From Histomonas meleagridis 2922-C6/04-290x (lineage: Eukaryota > Protista > Parabasalia), in NCBI GenBank assembly GCA_020184695.1, contig JAANOX010000258.1, positions 186,001 through 250,000 of the forward strand: 64,000 nt of DNA, written 5' to 3'. Positions 21,112 through 33,372 of the stretch are shown piece by piece. Within the stretch, counting starts at the first letter, position 1. Each line of letters begins with the position of its first letter. The notes beneath the pieces were generated by a model. The model had not been told where the DNA came from. It saw only the letters and a list, made by a program, of their open reading frames with translations, and made no database searches. The translations under genes were made by a program, and so were the position numbers.

Positions 21112-21855
21112 ATGCAAAAATTTTTGGAAATGGAAAAAGGGTTTGATGATAATGATATCCAATTGGTGTTTGTAAATAAAAAAGCATCCAAAAGAGTACG
21201 TGAAGTAATTGACGAAATTAAGGCATCGTTTTTAAATTATAAAATAGATGTAGATGAAGCACCAATGAAATGTGCAAATAAAATTGATGAAAACTTGGAA
21301 TTACTATTTTGCGACCCGCACTTTATTGATTTCAAAAAAGATATAGAAACAGTAACACAATTTCCTCATGTTGATCATTTGAAACCATTTCCTTCATTTC
21401 CAGCTTCATATCCATATTTACAAAAAGACGCCGCGGCAGACCTTGAGTATCATAATCAAAAGAGAAATTTTCTTGTTAATTCCAGAAAAGAACACCACAA
21501 AATTTTAAAGTCATTTCAAGAAAAAATAATTAGTGAAATTTGTCAAAATGCAGATGAAAACAGAATCTCCCCATTCAAAATGGCCACAACTCAAATTGCA
21601 CATGAACAAAATTTGCCAATACATTTTGTAAGTGATTCTAATGAATCATCAATACAAGAAAAAAAGACACAAATTTTACAAGATACTCAAGAGAAAGTCA
21701 AAGAATTGATAGAGTCCCAAGATCAACAGGCAAAACTAATTCACGATACAAAACAATTTGATATTTATATGCAACAAATTCAAAATCAGCAAGCAAGGCC
21801 TCAAGACAATCCTCCAATACCTGTCGAATTCCCTTATCAATTTCTAATCTCTTAA
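21112..21855 (+). CDS. Hypothetical protein
   Basis: 247-aa ATG-initiated ORF with normal codon usage; no recognised motif. Confidence 0.7.
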   Translation: MQKFLEMEKGFDDNDIQLVFVNKKASKRVREVIDEIKASFLNYKIDVDEAPMKCANKIDENLELLFCDPHFIDFKKDIETVTQFPHVDHLKPFPSFPASYPYLQKDAAADLEYHNQKRNFLVNSRKEHHKILKSFQEKIISEICQNADENRISPFKMATTQIAHEQNLPIHFVSDSNESSIQEKKTQILQDTQEKVKELIESQDQQAKLIHDTKQFDIYMQQIQNQQARPQDNPPIPVEFPYQFLIS

Positions 21856-22193
21856 ATTTCAAAAAAAATGAAATAACCGCCAAAACCGTTTACATAAATT
21901 TTTAAGTAAAAATTATATTAGAACACATTTGCGAATATATTTTTGATTAAGTTCCGAAACTAAATTTGCTTTGAACATTTGATAAAATTAGCATATATTA
22001 AATATATCGAATATTAAGTAATTTGATTTTGAAAAATTCATTCCAAAACTTAAATTGAGAGCCTTGCATGGTCAACATATGTGAAGGCCATCCAAAGTAA
22101 ATACCTCAGTTTTTTGTTTTTGCAAATTTCGTATTTGATTATTATGCACAATGAAAAAACAAAGAAGCTATGAGCCATGGGTATCTGTAATGA

Positions 22194-23462
22194 CTACGTT
22201 TGGTCAAATATAGGCTTAGGTCTATGGCTAATGGTTGCAAATACATATAATGTATTTTTAATTTCCCATGTCAAATCTGTACCAACAGCAAGAAGACTTT
22301 GAGTGAAGCATTGGTAGCATGTTGCCAATTCTTTGAATATAGCATAAGGTAGAAACCAAAATTGGCAATGGTCATAATTTTTAAAATATACCTCAAAATA
22401 ATTACCTAAGCTTCCAAATGAATCCAATTCAATTTCTTCAACAGAGATATTATTGTTTTGCATTACAAGAACCTTTACAGTAATTGTGTTGTTTTCTTCG
22501 TTCGCCCGAATAAACGGCTTCTCCTCATCGGTTTCGGACGATAGAAGGTAATAACTTGCTTTTTTGTTACAAAAAGTGCTATTGATGCATGTCAGTTTTG
22601 CCTCGATGTCAATTTTACTTTCATTTCTTATTAGTGGGAAAGAATATGGGTTTTTTGGATTTGAGCATATGCTTTTTTCTTGGAACATGTCAATGTCCCC
22701 ATTTAAATAAGATATTGAATGTCCTGTTTGTAGTGATTGATGTTGCCTAATAATAAAACCACCAACATACGTATCTTCATAACCTAACAAGTGATTTGCT
22801 TTTGTGATAAAATCATCGTTCCATCCATATATTAAAAATCCTTGTGATTCATTATAATTAAAATCCATCGTTTGAATAATTCCATTGTTCTCAACAGACT
22901 TAAGATATTTTGGAATGGTTAATAAAATGGGACTTTGATATTTCGAAATATATCTTTTAATTCTATCAATATCATTAAGAAAATTAATATCTTTAAAAAT
23001 AAATTTGTTTTCATCACAAGAAAAGATTTCATCTTTGCCTTTAATTGAGGAAAAGAAGTCATAATATACATTAGAAAATGAAGTTATGTTATCATATTCA
23101 ATTTGATTAAAATACTTTTCAAGTTTTTCACTGGGATCCAACAACAAAGTAAAGTCAGTGCTTTTAATATGATTTTGAGTAATCATTTCATTACGGAATG
23201 ATGAATAGATTAATGAATAAATTGGGTATAATACTTCTTGTTTTTTGTTTTCACATGACATAAACAAGGTATCAAAATTTTCGTTTACAATAAATTTAGA
23301 GAGAGGATAAGTAATTAAGTTATATTCATTTTGATCTGAATTGTTTCTAATTGTAGTCATTGATGTCACACTAATAACGCCTGTCAAAATTGCCATTACT
23401 ACAAAAATACAGCTTGAAAGAATAACAAGAACTTCTGAAACATAAAGAGATAAACAATTCAT
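22194..23462 (-). CDS. Hypothetical protein with an N-terminal TM segment
   Basis: Long ORF; first ATG at 23462; hydrophobic segment VLVILSSCIFVVMAILTGVISV. Confidence 0.65.
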   Translation of the reverse strand: MNCLSLYVSEVLVILSSCIFVVMAILTGVISVTSMTTIRNNSDQNEYNLITYPLSKFIVNENFDTLFMSCENKKQEVLYPIYSLIYSSFRNEMITQNHIKSTDFTLLLDPSEKLEKYFNQIEYDNITSFSNVYYDFFSSIKGKDEIFSCDENKFIFKDINFLNDIDRIKRYISKYQSPILLTIPKYLKSVENNGIIQTMDFNYNESQGFLIYGWNDDFITKANHLLGYEDTYVGGFIIRQHQSLQTGHSISYLNGDIDMFQEKSICSNPKNPYSFPLIRNESKIDIEAKLTCINSTFCNKKASYYLLSSETDEEKPFIRANEENNTITVKVLVMQNNNISVEEIELDSFGSLGNYFEVYFKNYDHCQFWFLPYAIFKELATCYQCFTQSLLAVGTDLTWEIKNTLYVFATISHRPKPIFDQT

Positions 23463-23542
23463 GGATCTATTGACCGTTAAATATTGCGCATTTTTTGCAC
23501 GAACGTTAATAATTTCAAAAGTTAACGAAAAATTACAAATAA

Positions 23543-24667
23543 ATGAAGCCAAAGGCAAGGAAAACATTTCCAGTTATATTAATTATTTTATGCATTACAT
23601 TATTTATAATTTCGATTATTCAACACTTTGGCTATTCTAGTGATGTTCTGATCCCTACATTTTCATCACTAGAAACAAATGAAAATGAAGTTATTAAATC
23701 ATCCACGAGATGTCCTATCTGTAATTTTACACCATTATACCCACCTACATCTACCCGCCGTGATGTTGTTTTAGCAGCAGCTCTTACTGGTTTTAAACGT
23801 GTAGAATATTTTCTTCGAACTCTTCGTACAACAGGAAGCAGAGCTCGTGTTATTTTATTTTTAGATAGTTCTACGGCAGCTTCTGATGATTGGTTACGAT
23901 TTTTCTCTTCATGTGATATCGAACCAGTTTATGTCAATTATACCAGTCAAGTTCTTCATGACGCGCCCAAGCTTTCACGCTATTATTTTTACAAACAATG
24001 GCTTGAACGTCATATTGATGAAGTTGATCGAGTTTTACATACTGATACATTCGATGTAATATTTCAATCAGATCCATTTTTAGATATAATACCTAATGAC
24101 AAGTTATATTTCACCTTTGAGCCAACCGACTTATACCATTCACGATGGACAGGATCTTGGATCACCACTTGCTATGGGATCCAATTCTTTAATCAATATG
24201 CTCGTTCGCCCGTATCATGTAGCGGTGTCACAGCAGGCGGTGCTAAAACATTTTTAAAATATATTGATTTATTAATTAACACGCCGGTCTGGAATCAATG
24301 CTTTGGTCATTCATACGATCAAGCGCATCATAACTATTTACTTTACACGGGCGAATTCGAGAAAAACGGAATCGAAATATTATCGATGGATTGCAATTCT
24401 CCATATTTGACAATGCATTTCTGCTGTAAAAAGGCGAAATGTAATTGGACTACTGGTGTAATATATGGTAATAATTCGCAAAAGGCGCCAGTGTTAATAC
24501 ATCAATACAATCGATGGAAAGAGTTAATAAACAGAAACTCTGTGATGTGTCCAGCACCGAATAAAAACGTGTTAAAACTTGTTAGCAGTGATGAAATACC
24601 GGCAAAAATAGAATACCTTCCACCGGTTGAAGGTAATTTACCTGAAAAAATTGCACAAGAATCATAA
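23543..24667 (+). CDS. Type II membrane GT-A-like glycosyltransferase (putative)
   Basis: N-terminal signal anchor; SRYYFYKQWL, DxD-like HTDTFDVIFQSDPF, CSGVTAG, DQAHHNYLLY and LIHQYNR. Confidence 0.7.
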   Translation: MKPKARKTFPVILIILCITLFIISIIQHFGYSSDVLIPTFSSLETNENEVIKSSTRCPICNFTPLYPPTSTRRDVVLAAALTGFKRVEYFLRTLRTTGSRARVILFLDSSTAASDDWLRFFSSCDIEPVYVNYTSQVLHDAPKLSRYYFYKQWLERHIDEVDRVLHTDTFDVIFQSDPFLDIIPNDKLYFTFEPTDLYHSRWTGSWITTCYGIQFFNQYARSPVSCSGVTAGGAKTFLKYIDLLINTPVWNQCFGHSYDQAHHNYLLYTGEFEKNGIEILSMDCNSPYLTMHFCCKKAKCNWTTGVIYGNNSQKAPVLIHQYNRWKELINRNSVMCPAPNKNVLKLVSSDEIPAKIEYLPPVEGNLPEKIAQES

Positions 24668-24745
24668 GAAAAAAGTTTTTTTGTATTAAAAATTTTAATT
24701 TTTTTTTTTCTTTTATGGCACTTTTCGGACGTTAAGGTAGTTGTG

Positions 24746-26215
24746 ATGACTCTTTTGGATCCAACAATACCAATTACATTATTTGATGGCTCACCAGAAG
24801 AAAAGACTGGTAACATTAAGGTACAACGTAATGATGGTAATGTAATTATTTCATTTTTCCCAGACCAAACTGTTATGATTGGAAATCAAGAACAAAAAAG
24901 AGTGGCTCATATACCAGAGAAAATTTATCAATTAAGCGATTTTTTAAAGCTTGAAATTGACCCTAATAATTCATTAGAAATATCACTAGCATCTGTAAAT
25001 TTCAAAATAACCATCATATTTAAAAATGAAAATGATCTTTCATTGTTTTTAGATTATATCAGCCATAAAATCCAATTAGAACATTCAAGTTCAAATACAT
25101 ATGTATTTTTAATCAAACCAATAAATGAAGAAACATCTACATTTTTAATACCAATTCTTCCTAAAATTCCAAGGAAAGATAACATTACGCTCAATGATCT
25201 CCAAAAATATGGAATTCTTTTCGAATCGCCTATTTCAGATCCACCGTTTTTTTCCAACGAATCATTTTTGTCACTTTTCGATACAACAGGAAAAGTGACA
25301 GACTCTAAAGGTTTTTTGCACAATTTTTTTAATGCTGAAATTGATCCACAATGTATGGAGAAAGTATTACGAATGCTTTTATATTCGAAATACCCAACAT
25401 TCACCAATGAAGAACGACAACAAAAAGATGATCAAAGAAGACACATTTACAAAGTTGTCAAAAATCAATGGAGAACTACAACCAAAAAACAATGGATTAA
25501 TAATCCTTATTTCCAAAGCTTAGTACAAACATTAGAAACTGACATTAAGAAGCATTCGGAATTATTTTCAAGTTTTAATAATCCAAAAGTTGTCCAAAAA
25601 ATTGTTTTTAATGTCTTCTTAACAATGTCAATCTATGACCATGATAATTGCCAATACTTTGAAGGAACCATTTCGTATATCTTTCCATTTCTTACGTATT
25701 TTATTAAGGAAGTTCATCAAGAACAAACTATAACAAAGCCAAGTAATGAAAATATTACAACTGAAGAAGTTGAAGCTGATATTTTTAATATATTTATAAA
25801 ATTTTATAAGAAAAACCGAATTTTAGAACTGATCAAATTAACACAGAAATCATTTTTAAGACAATTGTTTGTCCGAATTGGAAATGATTTAAAGAATAAT
25901 TTTCCCGAATTACTTCAACTTTTAAATCAAAAATATGTTTTTTGTTTCGACTTTTTGATTGATGATTGTAAGACATGGTTCTTATCATGTTTCAAAGATA
26001 TAATTCGATTATGGGTCTCATCATTAACATTTGATAATTGTTTTGAGTTTTTAAGATGTTTTATAATTTCGTTGTTAATGTCCTTAGTCCCAAAGTTAAC
26101 AAAAATGAATCCTTTGAATGCCGAAGAATTCTTAATTTGGTATAATCAGATGAAAAAAGAATTGGACTTGAACCTTTTATTAACAAATACAAAATTCATT
26201 AACGAACACTATTAA
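24746..26215 (+). CDS. TBC/Rab-GAP-like protein (Gyp7/TBC1D15-like layout), catalytic fingers degenerate
   Basis: YKVVKNQW, LETDIKKH (IxxDxxR position), YDHDNCQYFEG (YxQG position), and WFLSCFK..IIRLWVSSL. Confidence 0.6.
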   Translation: MTLLDPTIPITLFDGSPEEKTGNIKVQRNDGNVIISFFPDQTVMIGNQEQKRVAHIPEKIYQLSDFLKLEIDPNNSLEISLASVNFKITIIFKNENDLSLFLDYISHKIQLEHSSSNTYVFLIKPINEETSTFLIPILPKIPRKDNITLNDLQKYGILFESPISDPPFFSNESFLSLFDTTGKVTDSKGFLHNFFNAEIDPQCMEKVLRMLLYSKYPTFTNEERQQKDDQRRHIYKVVKNQWRTTTKKQWINNPYFQSLVQTLETDIKKHSELFSSFNNPKVVQKIVFNVFLTMSIYDHDNCQYFEGTISYIFPFLTYFIKEVHQEQTITKPSNENITTEEVEADIFNIFIKFYKKNRILELIKLTQKSFLRQLFVRIGNDLKNNFPELLQLLNQKYVFCFDFLIDDCKTWFLSCFKDIIRLWVSSLTFDNCFEFLRCFIISLLMSLVPKLTKMNPLNAEEFLIWYNQMKKELDLNLLLTNTKFINEHY

Positions 26216-26393
26216 GCAGATGGAAGGAGTAAAGTTGTACGATCACATACAAAATTTAACGGTTTAGTAAATTTAACGGTTTGATGACTCTGAAATTTTT
26301 ACTTTTCAATTGCAAAACGTTGGAATTGAATGCTGAGGTTTTAGCAATTTTCTGAATGTGTCAAAAGTCGCTGTCAGCAAAAAATTGTCCAGA

Positions 26394-27050
26394 ATGGAAA
26401 ACATAGCTCCTGAGAGAATTGCTGCTGCTGAACAGCCGGCTAAGGCTTGCTTGGAAAATGTTAGCAGGATTCTCAACTCTTCGGATTGGAAGAAATCGAA
26501 AAAAGAAGATGGTGTGGAATATTTTACAAGAAAAGTTAAAGGGAGTAACTTTAAAATGATTAAAAGTACAACAATAGTCCCTCGCCCACTTGACGATATG
26601 ATAACTTTTTCTTCTCGTTTCAGAGAAGTAACACCAGATATGCCAGCTGAGATAAGAACAGGTTCAATTGAAAGGAGATTATTTAAATTTCCTGAACCTA
26701 ATCCACATAATGATGGCTTCGTATACCTTGCAATTGAATCTGGGACAAAAATAGTTAGCGATAGAGATTTTGTTATGATTCGTAAATACTTCCAAAAAGA
26801 TGGAATACATTATTACATATGCGTATCAATCGACGATGACCAAGTTCGTCCGGTCTCAAAGAATTTGGTTAGAGCAAAAATGTTATGCAATGCAATAGTA
26901 CTTGAACCAAGTGGACAAAACACAAAAGTCTCATTCATATGCCATGCTGATCCAGCAGGGGCGATTCCGTCTAAGGTTTATAACATGGTTTCTTTGAAAC
27001 AAGGAGTATGTGTCAAAGATATTCGCGATTGCGCGATCTTAGAAATTTAA
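26394..27050 (+). CDS. START-domain lipid-binding protein
   Basis: WKKSKKEDGVEYF, IVSDRDFVMIR, VRAKMLCNAIVLEP and ADPAGAIPSKVYN. Confidence 0.85.
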   Translation: MENIAPERIAAAEQPAKACLENVSRILNSSDWKKSKKEDGVEYFTRKVKGSNFKMIKSTTIVPRPLDDMITFSSRFREVTPDMPAEIRTGSIERRLFKFPEPNPHNDGFVYLAIESGTKIVSDRDFVMIRKYFQKDGIHYYICVSIDDDQVRPVSKNLVRAKMLCNAIVLEPSGQNTKVSFICHADPAGAIPSKVYNMVSLKQGVCVKDIRDCAILEI

Positions 27051-27541
27051 CAAATTTCCGCCATTTACTTAGTGGCAATAGATGAATTATTTCCATTTAA
27101 TAATAAAATTTTCACCCACGCATTTTGTTATTTGTTGAGTTCATTAAATAACCATTAAATGTACCAAAGGAACTGATTGTAATGATTGGAATTTTGGAAT
27201 TTCTCAATGTAAGAGTAGGTGATTCATTTGTTAGTGTAACTTGTTAGTTAGATTCTTAAAGATTTTATTTGGCTAAAGAAATCCATTTCAACTTCTTTTA
27301 TTCCTTTCATCAGAAAGAAAAAATTTACAAATCGATGAAAACATAAAAAATACATCATAGTATAAATGGAAATTATTATTTGTCTGTGATAAACAAAAGA
27401 CAATATACAAATGAATGAAAATGTGAAATAGATATTAGCTATAATATCAAAAGAATCACAAAGAGTTGATATCATTGTAAACTATTCATTTGCCACGTTT
27501 TCAGTAAGACGATTGTTTTCACATCAAAAAGTGGAAGTCTC

Positions 27542-28963
27542 ATGACAATCGTTGCTGGAAAGTTTAAGTTCGAGCAACTTATTGGAAAGGGATCTTATGC
27601 AGACGTATATCTTGCCTTAATGGTAGTTGATGATCCTCCTCTAAAAAAAGGTGATCATGTTGCAATCAAATCAATTCCTACCACAAGAATATCATCACAG
27701 CAAGAGTATGAACGTCTTGAAAATGAAATCCAACTAATGAAGATGATTGATCATCCAAATATTGTTAAATTATATAATGTTGAAAAAACAAAATCATATT
27801 ATTTTTTAGTTATGGAATATTGTAGTGGCGGTGATTTAATGCATGCTTTACATAAAAATAAAGGAAGCTTTGATGAACCAACAATTAGAGAATTTGCAAA
27901 ACAAATTGTAAGCGGATTATCATTTTTAAATTCAAAACAAATTATTCACAGAGACTTAAAACCACATAACATTTTAATATCAGAAAACAAAGAATTAAAA
28001 ATTGCAGATTTTGGATTTGCTAAGCTTTTAAAACCTTGTGATCTTGCAACAACAATTTGTGGGTCACCAATTTATATGGCTCCAGAAATACAATTTGGAA
28101 GCCAATATTCTGCTAATGCAGACATGTGGTCGCTTGGAGTAATTTTATATGAATTATGTGTTGGCACTCCACCATTTTCACCAAATGCTACAACAATTGT
28201 AGCACTTGAAAGAGAGCTAGAAGAACATTCTTCAGAACCATACATGATTCCTAACGGAGTTAAAGCTTCGCCATCATTTCGAGATTTAGTTTCCAAATTA
28301 TTGACGATAGACCCGAAAAAACGTATCTGCATAAATGACGTTATAGTCCATCCTTTTTTCAATGAACAATCGACTTCAAAAAAGCAGTTCAAACCAGAAA
28401 AGTGTCACTTATCGTCTTCTCAAGATCGAATTTGGCAATTCTCTTTTCTTCAACTCGGAAACGTCATTGGAAACAAAGCTGAGCTGTTTCTTAAAGAAGC
28501 CCTTGAATCAGCAAAGGTTATTGAGGCTCATTTTACAGAATGTCAGATGTCAGATGTTTATCAACATTTTGAATTAATAACCATTATTTCTTCGTTAATG
28601 CTGGACTTCTTGTCCGAATATAGACATACAGCGACTGATCGGAAATTAAATCTGGAAAGAGAAGTTATTGATAACATGAAAAATTTTGCAGAAGAAGGAT
28701 TAATTATTTCGAAAGGAAAACTTTACTCTCCAAAGGAAAGTGCCTTCCAGTTTCTTTATGACAAAGGCCTCCAATATACAAGAGAGGGGGCTGATTTGGA
28801 GAAAAAATGCGATCCTTTTGCAGCTACAAAATATCAAAGAGCGCTGTCAATGTTCAGGCCAATTGCGTTTAGGTCCGACACGAATGACTTCATTAATTCA
28901 GTTCGTGTATTATATCAAAATGTTCTTGAAAGATACCAAAAGTTAACTGGATATACAGAATAA
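27542..28963 (+). CDS. Ser/Thr protein kinase, ULK/ATG1-like
   Basis: IGKGSYADV, VAIK, HRDLKPHNIL, DFGFAK, TICGSPIYMAPE and DMWSLG, plus a C-terminal helical domain. Confidence 0.9.
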   Translation: MTIVAGKFKFEQLIGKGSYADVYLALMVVDDPPLKKGDHVAIKSIPTTRISSQQEYERLENEIQLMKMIDHPNIVKLYNVEKTKSYYFLVMEYCSGGDLMHALHKNKGSFDEPTIREFAKQIVSGLSFLNSKQIIHRDLKPHNILISENKELKIADFGFAKLLKPCDLATTICGSPIYMAPEIQFGSQYSANADMWSLGVILYELCVGTPPFSPNATTIVALERELEEHSSEPYMIPNGVKASPSFRDLVSKLLTIDPKKRICINDVIVHPFFNEQSTSKKQFKPEKCHLSSSQDRIWQFSFLQLGNVIGNKAELFLKEALESAKVIEAHFTECQMSDVYQHFELITIISSLMLDFLSEYRHTATDRKLNLEREVIDNMKNFAEEGLIISKGKLYSPKESAFQFLYDKGLQYTREGADLEKKCDPFAATKYQRALSMFRPIAFRSDTNDFINSVRVLYQNVLERYQKLTGYTE

Positions 28964-29422
28964 TTGTTTTGAATAAAAGGAATTGTTTTTATGTTATGTA
29001 AAACTTAAATATTCAAACAAAATTAATTGAATAAATTTGCTTATAATATTTTATAACAAAAATATTTACTCTATAAAATGCGTGCTGTTAAGGAGCTTTG
29101 TTTGTGTGGACAATTTCTATCTTGTTGGTTGCATTTTAAAAAATTTAATCAAATTAGTGAATGCTAAACATTAAACGATCAAATTTTTAATGTTTCTCAT
29201 ATATACTAAAAATACATCGAGCAACACGATGGATTAGTGTGGATTCCTTGGAATTTGAATATCCAGACAAAAAAAATTTCATTTTTCAAATTCAAAAAAA
29301 AGTGCAAACCACCATTGAAATTTCGATGGTGACATTTCGATTTGTGTGGTCACTTCAACAGGATGTATTTCAAAAAGTTTGAAAATAACCTCATAAAAAT
29401 TTCATCGTATCACTTAAAACCA

Positions 29423-31577
29423 ATGCCTCCAAAGCACCGCCAGTTCTAAAATCAAAAATCACAAGCGTGTTTAACGCAATTCGAAGATCGACAATATCGA
29501 AAGCTATAACTTACGCAGATGAAGCCAGATTTAAACAAGAAATTTCAAATATCGAAAAACAACTTTCAAACGTTGACATTTTTACGCAACAAGAACTTTT
29601 AGATCCGACACAAATAAATGACAAAGATTTTAATACAGTTAAAAGTATATATGAAAATCGCGCACAAATTAAAGAAGCGTTACCAAGATATAAAAAACTT
29701 TCCACATTTGCAACTAAAATATCAATAGTTTCAAGGAACAAAGAAATCATGGAAAAAGCCATAGCAGATCCAGAACATAATGATATTGATTCATCGACAC
29801 TATATCGCATTCAAACGCAACTTCAAATTTTATTGCAATATAATGATAAATTCGATGATTTAACATATTATCCACAAGATAAATTACAAGAAGTACTTGA
29901 ATGTCAAAAGATTGCAGTTGAATTTGATGACAAAGTTCTTAATCGCAAAGAAACATCTGCCAGTCCACCACAAAAAGAAGCTCAAAAAAATGCTTCTACT
30001 AATAGAATTCCAGCAACAACAACAAATTCTGCACCAATTTCAAATATAAATACTAGTATTCAATTAACAAATGAAGAAAAGGAAAATTATTTATTAAGTT
30101 TTATCGAAGACTGTGAGCGAGCACATGAGCATATTGGCAATTGTAGTTATAATAGTTTGGACGGGTTATTCGAAATAAGGAGAATTCATGATCATTTTAG
30201 GGAGAAACATTATACTCCAAGAGCATCAGCTTATAATGCTCTAATGCGTAGTCGACCGAAACGAAGAAATAATAATGCAAATGATTCACCTGAAAAACTT
30301 GAGAAAAAATATCAAGAATATTTAAAGAAACAAGACTTAATACTTCAATCTGCATATGCAACAGGTGAATTTAATATTAATGATTACAACAAAAATGAAA
30401 ATGAGTTCAAGAATATTATCGAAATGTTTAAATCTATGCATTATCCTGATTTAAGGAAAGAATTTAATGATTATTTACCAAAAGCTTCAAATGATATTAT
30501 AATGGATGTCAAGAAATTATTGATATTATTAATATATTCCTTAAAGATGAAGCAAAAGAACTAAAACAAAAACTTAATCCAATTACAAAGCCAAAAGGAA
30601 ATGAAGTAAAACTTGTATTTCCAAAAGTTGAATCAAATAGTTCATATGAAGAAGATATTGAACGAGCAATAAGCGAAGTCAAAGAATTTTATCAAACTAT
30701 GAAAACAGATTCGAAATTCCCTGAAATGAATTATTTCAAACTCTTATCATTAATTAATGGAGTTATAGCAACAACTAAAAGTGTACCTGAATATCAAAAA
30801 TATTATAATGAAATTCATGAATTCTTTGAAAGTGTTAAAAATGAGATTAAAACAGGAATTAAACCAAAATTAACAAAAGAATTAAACAAAGCAAAAACAA
30901 TGATTGCTATAATAAATTTACCACCGAAATCAACTTTTGCTTCTACTGACTTTTTCAAGAATTTCAACAAAGTAGAATTAGTAACAAATTTAATATCATA
31001 TTATATATCAAATGTATCATTACTTAATATTGTTTTAGATGGAGGTGTCGATATATCAAATGACTTTATACAATTATCAAAAGAAAACGAAACAATAAAA
31101 GTTAATCAAAATCAATTTAGAATACTTAAAGAAGCAGAATCTTATCTTGAAACAGATCCATTACTTTCACTAAAGATAATTCCAGGTTTGTGGCGAAATT
31201 ATTCATTTGATGAAAAAATTCGAAATGGCTGTGTTAAAATAATCAAAAATTCATATGAAAAAATAGGAAGAATTCCATATAGTGAAATTACTCCAACAAC
31301 TTATATATATTCTAAAGATGATCCTCTTCGACAAATGATTATTGAGCCAATGTTTGATTGTGATTATTATCTTGAACCAGGTGCAAGACTTCGGAGAAGT
31401 TATCCACAAGAAACTAAAACAATGGATTATTATCTAAAGAACGCAGGTAAATTTGCCGAATGTTTAATGAATTTAATTGATCTTAAAATAGAAATTAGAA
31501 GAAATGAAAATGGTTTTATACATCCGGCATATTTAAATCCATTATTATTATTGGCTCCATCGAATCAAATGGTATGA
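29423..31577 (+). pseudogene. Large orphan gene split by frameshifts near 29432 and 30505
   Basis: ATG at 29423 (MPPK) needs one extra base to join ORF 29467-30564. The frame of ORF 30699-31577 is open back to about 30510 (EIIDIINIFLKDEAKELK). Confidence 0.5.
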
Positions 31578-31960
31578 TCGATTAGTTATACTTAAGAAGT
31601 CATATCTTAGTGAAGCGATGTCAACATTTGGGTAAAAACAAGCAGAAAGATCATTTTCTAATAATTTAGATATAGTTTATTTACTTTATGATAAATCTGA
31701 TTTTAGAGTTTTATATTCTAGTCATAAATTTGACTTTTATACAATGAATATATTTAATTTCTTCTGTATAATTTCTCCATTATATATTAAACGATTTTCA
31801 GAAGCGATTGATAATTTCCAAGTAATATTCGATCAAATACCGAAAAGAAAAACCATCTCTAAGTGGAATTGATACATCTAATGAATGTCAGCTTAATAGT
31901 TATGAATTTAATGCTAAAGATATAAATCCATTCCAAACATTAATTTCGGAAATATATAAT

Positions 31961-32809
31961 TTGAAGAAATATTATTGGACTGATTTACTTAGGTTTTGTA
32001 CAGTTTATCGAAAAGTTTTCCAGAAAATGGTAAATGTTATGACCTTTTATAAAGAAGATGAAGTATTTGAACCATATTATCAAGTATTATATAATTTCCT
32101 TAATAAGACTCATGAAGATTTACTTGGATTAGTATTAAAATTCCATGAAAAATATACAAATAAAATTATATCAGATGATGGTCCTAATTTCATGCGTAAT
32201 CTTGAAAGATATGTAAAACTTCATAATGATATTGTTAAAAAGATATATCAAAATATTATGCAACATTTGAAGGCAAACAAAGAAGTATTATTAGAAGAAG
32301 AAAATAAATATCACGAAATTTGGGCTAAACAATCATTAGAAAGACAAAAGTTTATGAAATCAAAATACATTGATACAATCAAAGATGGAACTAAATTAAT
32401 AATATTAGGAAAAGAATATATTGGAAAACATGTTGAAGATTATGTTAAATTTATTCATGATGATGATTCCTTCGCAATATTTGTTTCAGATTCAAAGTAC
32501 AGCGCATGTTCAGTGATTGTCGAATATGGAAATGGTCCGTATGGTTTGGAATCGCTTTTATATCCTTATAAAGATTTAAGAGAAAAATTCGGACCTGAAC
32601 ATTATCATACGTTTTATCATCAAAATGAAACGCAAAATATTGTGGTGAATAGATCGAGATATTGTATATATAATTTTGGTACTGATGTGAAAGATACTCC
32701 AAATTGTAAAAACGGAGGAATCGATGAGTTAATTTTCAAGATAATCGCATACTCGTATAACCACTTCGAGAAGATTGAAATAGATAACATAACTCTAAAA
32801 ACAAAATGA
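31961..32809 (+). CDS. Hypothetical protein, possibly the 3' part of the broken gene upstream
   Basis: 282-aa ORF starting at TTG. The 31578-31960 interval reads as coding sequence with stops. Confidence 0.45.
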   Translation: MKKYYWTDLLRFCTVYRKVFQKMVNVMTFYKEDEVFEPYYQVLYNFLNKTHEDLLGLVLKFHEKYTNKIISDDGPNFMRNLERYVKLHNDIVKKIYQNIMQHLKANKEVLLEEENKYHEIWAKQSLERQKFMKSKYIDTIKDGTKLIILGKEYIGKHVEDYVKFIHDDDSFAIFVSDSKYSACSVIVEYGNGPYGLESLLYPYKDLREKFGPEHYHTFYHQNETQNIVVNRSRYCIYNFGTDVKDTPNCKNGGIDELIFKIIAYSYNHFEKIEIDNITLKTK

Positions 32810-33372
32810 AGCAAGAAGAAATAAGAAGAGAGGAAGAACTGTTTAAACTTCGTCTTCATCGTCTTTTCCATTAATTTAATGATGGAAAGAAATTCCATTA
32901 GTTTGAAATTAATTTTTAATAAAATTAATTAATTTTTTTTTTCTTAATTTTGGTCAAGTCCATTAATAAATGTGTGTAAGACATTCGAGTTCAACAAGAC
33001 TAAAAGATTTATGAAGAGAAAATCGTTTTAGTATTCTAATACAAAAATCATCAAATTTCAGCTTAACAAAACTTTTTTACTGTGTCATACAGCAATAGCA
33101 AAAGATGTTATGAAATTTCTATAATGTTCATATTCATGTGTTTACACATATAAAAATAATTTGTTCATGAACAAGAGTTATATTTCAACAAAATTAAATT
33201 TTACTTTTATTTTGAAACAAGTATTATCACATATAAAATTCTATTTACTCGTTCCTACAATACGTATAAATAAGGTTATATACACAACATGTGTTAATAA
33301 AAAAGTGCTAATTTTTCGACATGTTAAGTGAATTTTTTTACGTTTTGATTTATTTTAAACGTGCATAAAAAT

